From a virus (Duplodnaviria > Heunggongvirae > Uroviricota > Caudoviricetes), in IMG/VR virus record IMGVR_UViG_2923302340_000002, positions 1-29,281 of that record: a DNA stretch of 29,281 bases, one strand, 5' to 3'. Of this stretch, positions 28,202-29,281 are shown one piece after another. The translations under genes and the position numbers were made by a program. The notes beneath the pieces were generated by a model that searched no databases, was not told the DNA's origin, and worked only from the letters and a program-made list of their open reading frames with translations. Numbering within the stretch: the stretch's first letter is position 1; each line of letters starts with the position of its first letter.

Positions 28202-28886
28202 TACACTGAATGTGCAAACAGTATCATCACTGTTATCTCAACCTAGCACGAACAAAAAAATTTTGGAAGATTGCAAGAGCAATTCACTGTGTTTATAACC
28301 AGCAAAGAACTGTACATATACACAGGTTACAAATTGGTGGCGAATTATACCTGCAGAAGTTGCGATGTCAACAAAGCGACCATCACAGTGTTTTGCATCT
28401 CACACTGCTATGACAAAAAATCTTTTGATAGGTTCCCAATAGGCTCCCACAAAACACATAACCAATTGTTTTTCAAAAACGATACATCCTATCGAGCATT
28501 GGTGCAACGCTAAACCGACCACTCCAGTGAACGTCAGTTTTTTCAGGCATTGCGCTGGTTTGGTTGATTTTTTGCATTTCAGAATTACCGTGCATTTTCA
28601 AATGTAGAGATTATTTTATCGATATATCATGGGGTTATGTTATTCAGCATCACTGTTCAGGAGGCTCAATAGCGGGGTACTATACCATAACAACAGGAAG
28701 CGCCTGTCTCATTGCAAAAGAAAATTGAGATCCTCTCAAGGCATGAAGCTCTCACGAAGTGATGGAAATAATCTTATTAGCCGTTAGCTTTGTTAAGGCC
28801 AATGATAAACAATCCAGGTTCGACGATAAATAAAAATCACACATTAAACTCCGGTGATATCTCTCCCTGCTAATAGCACTGATAGA

Positions 28887-28917
28887 GAAAAAAAGAACCC
28901 AATAAGCATTGGGTTCT
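28887..28917 (-). terminator. Intrinsic terminator (bidirectional hairpin) downstream of the partial gene at the window end
   Basis: AGAACCCA-ATAAGCAT-TGGGTTCT hairpin with an A-run on one side and a T-run on the other. Confidence 0.55.
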
Positions 28918-28957
28918 TTTATGTAATACCTTCCATACCATCGAAGAACTTCACATA

Positions 28958-29281
28958 TTATTTTACTAGTTCAATACCAAATAGATCATAAATTGAATTA
29001 GAGATATCGTTTGGAATTTGAATCAATTCCGTTGAATCTGGGTCACACGATTGTACGAAGTCATTTAATTTCTGCGCCGCACCATGCATTTTTGTAACGT
29101 CTTTTAGGACTCGTTTTCCTTCGTCTTCCTGACGTTTCATATCAGTTACAATGTCATTGAAATCCAGTTTCCCTGCGACTGCCAGATTTTTCATCTCCTT
29201 CAGATTTTTTTTCATCTCTTGTTGAGATAACGTTTTCACCTGATCTGTTATGTATTTTTCGCAATACTCATCAATATCCAC
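28958..29281 (-). CDS. Hypothetical protein, C-terminal part (gene continues beyond the window end)
   Basis: The ORF runs to the window edge and is followed by a terminator. No recognised motif; not an integrase-like C-terminus. Confidence 0.4.
   Translation of the reverse strand: MDIDEYCEKYITDQVKTLSQQEMKKNLKEMKNLAVAGKLDFNDIVTDMKRQEDEGKRVLKDVTKMHGAAQKLNDFVQSCDPDSTELIQIPNDISNSIYDLFGIELVK

Overview
This window is a lambdoid (phage lambda-like) prophage segment, read in the opposite orientation to the conventional lambda map. Running left to right it contains: portal B (partial), W, terminase large subunit A, a nu1 gene split by a 2.7 kb IS66-family insertion with an 8-bp target duplication, cos, a small AT-rich moron cluster, the Rz/Rz1-R-S lysis cassette, the late leader (pR', tR', structured RNA), Q, a nin-like region (ninH, rusA, antirepressors, ninE, ninB), ren, P, O with ori-lambda iterons, cII, cro, cI, then the N/cIII/kil early-left operon with a non-Red recombination module and an excisionase-like gene. 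No integrase, tRNA, rRNA or CRISPR array was found. Three things stand out. First, a two-gene cassette sits immediately downstream of cI in the position lambda gives to rexAB; its first gene has a tentative kinase-like motif, which makes it a candidate lysogen-expressed exclusion system. Second, a textbook type I hammerhead ribozyme motif lies in the late-transcript leader between tR' and S. Third, a Panacea-domain protein is paired with a small membrane protein, resembling a toxin-antitoxin module. All protein calls rest on reading the supplied translations against remembered family features; no database search was run.
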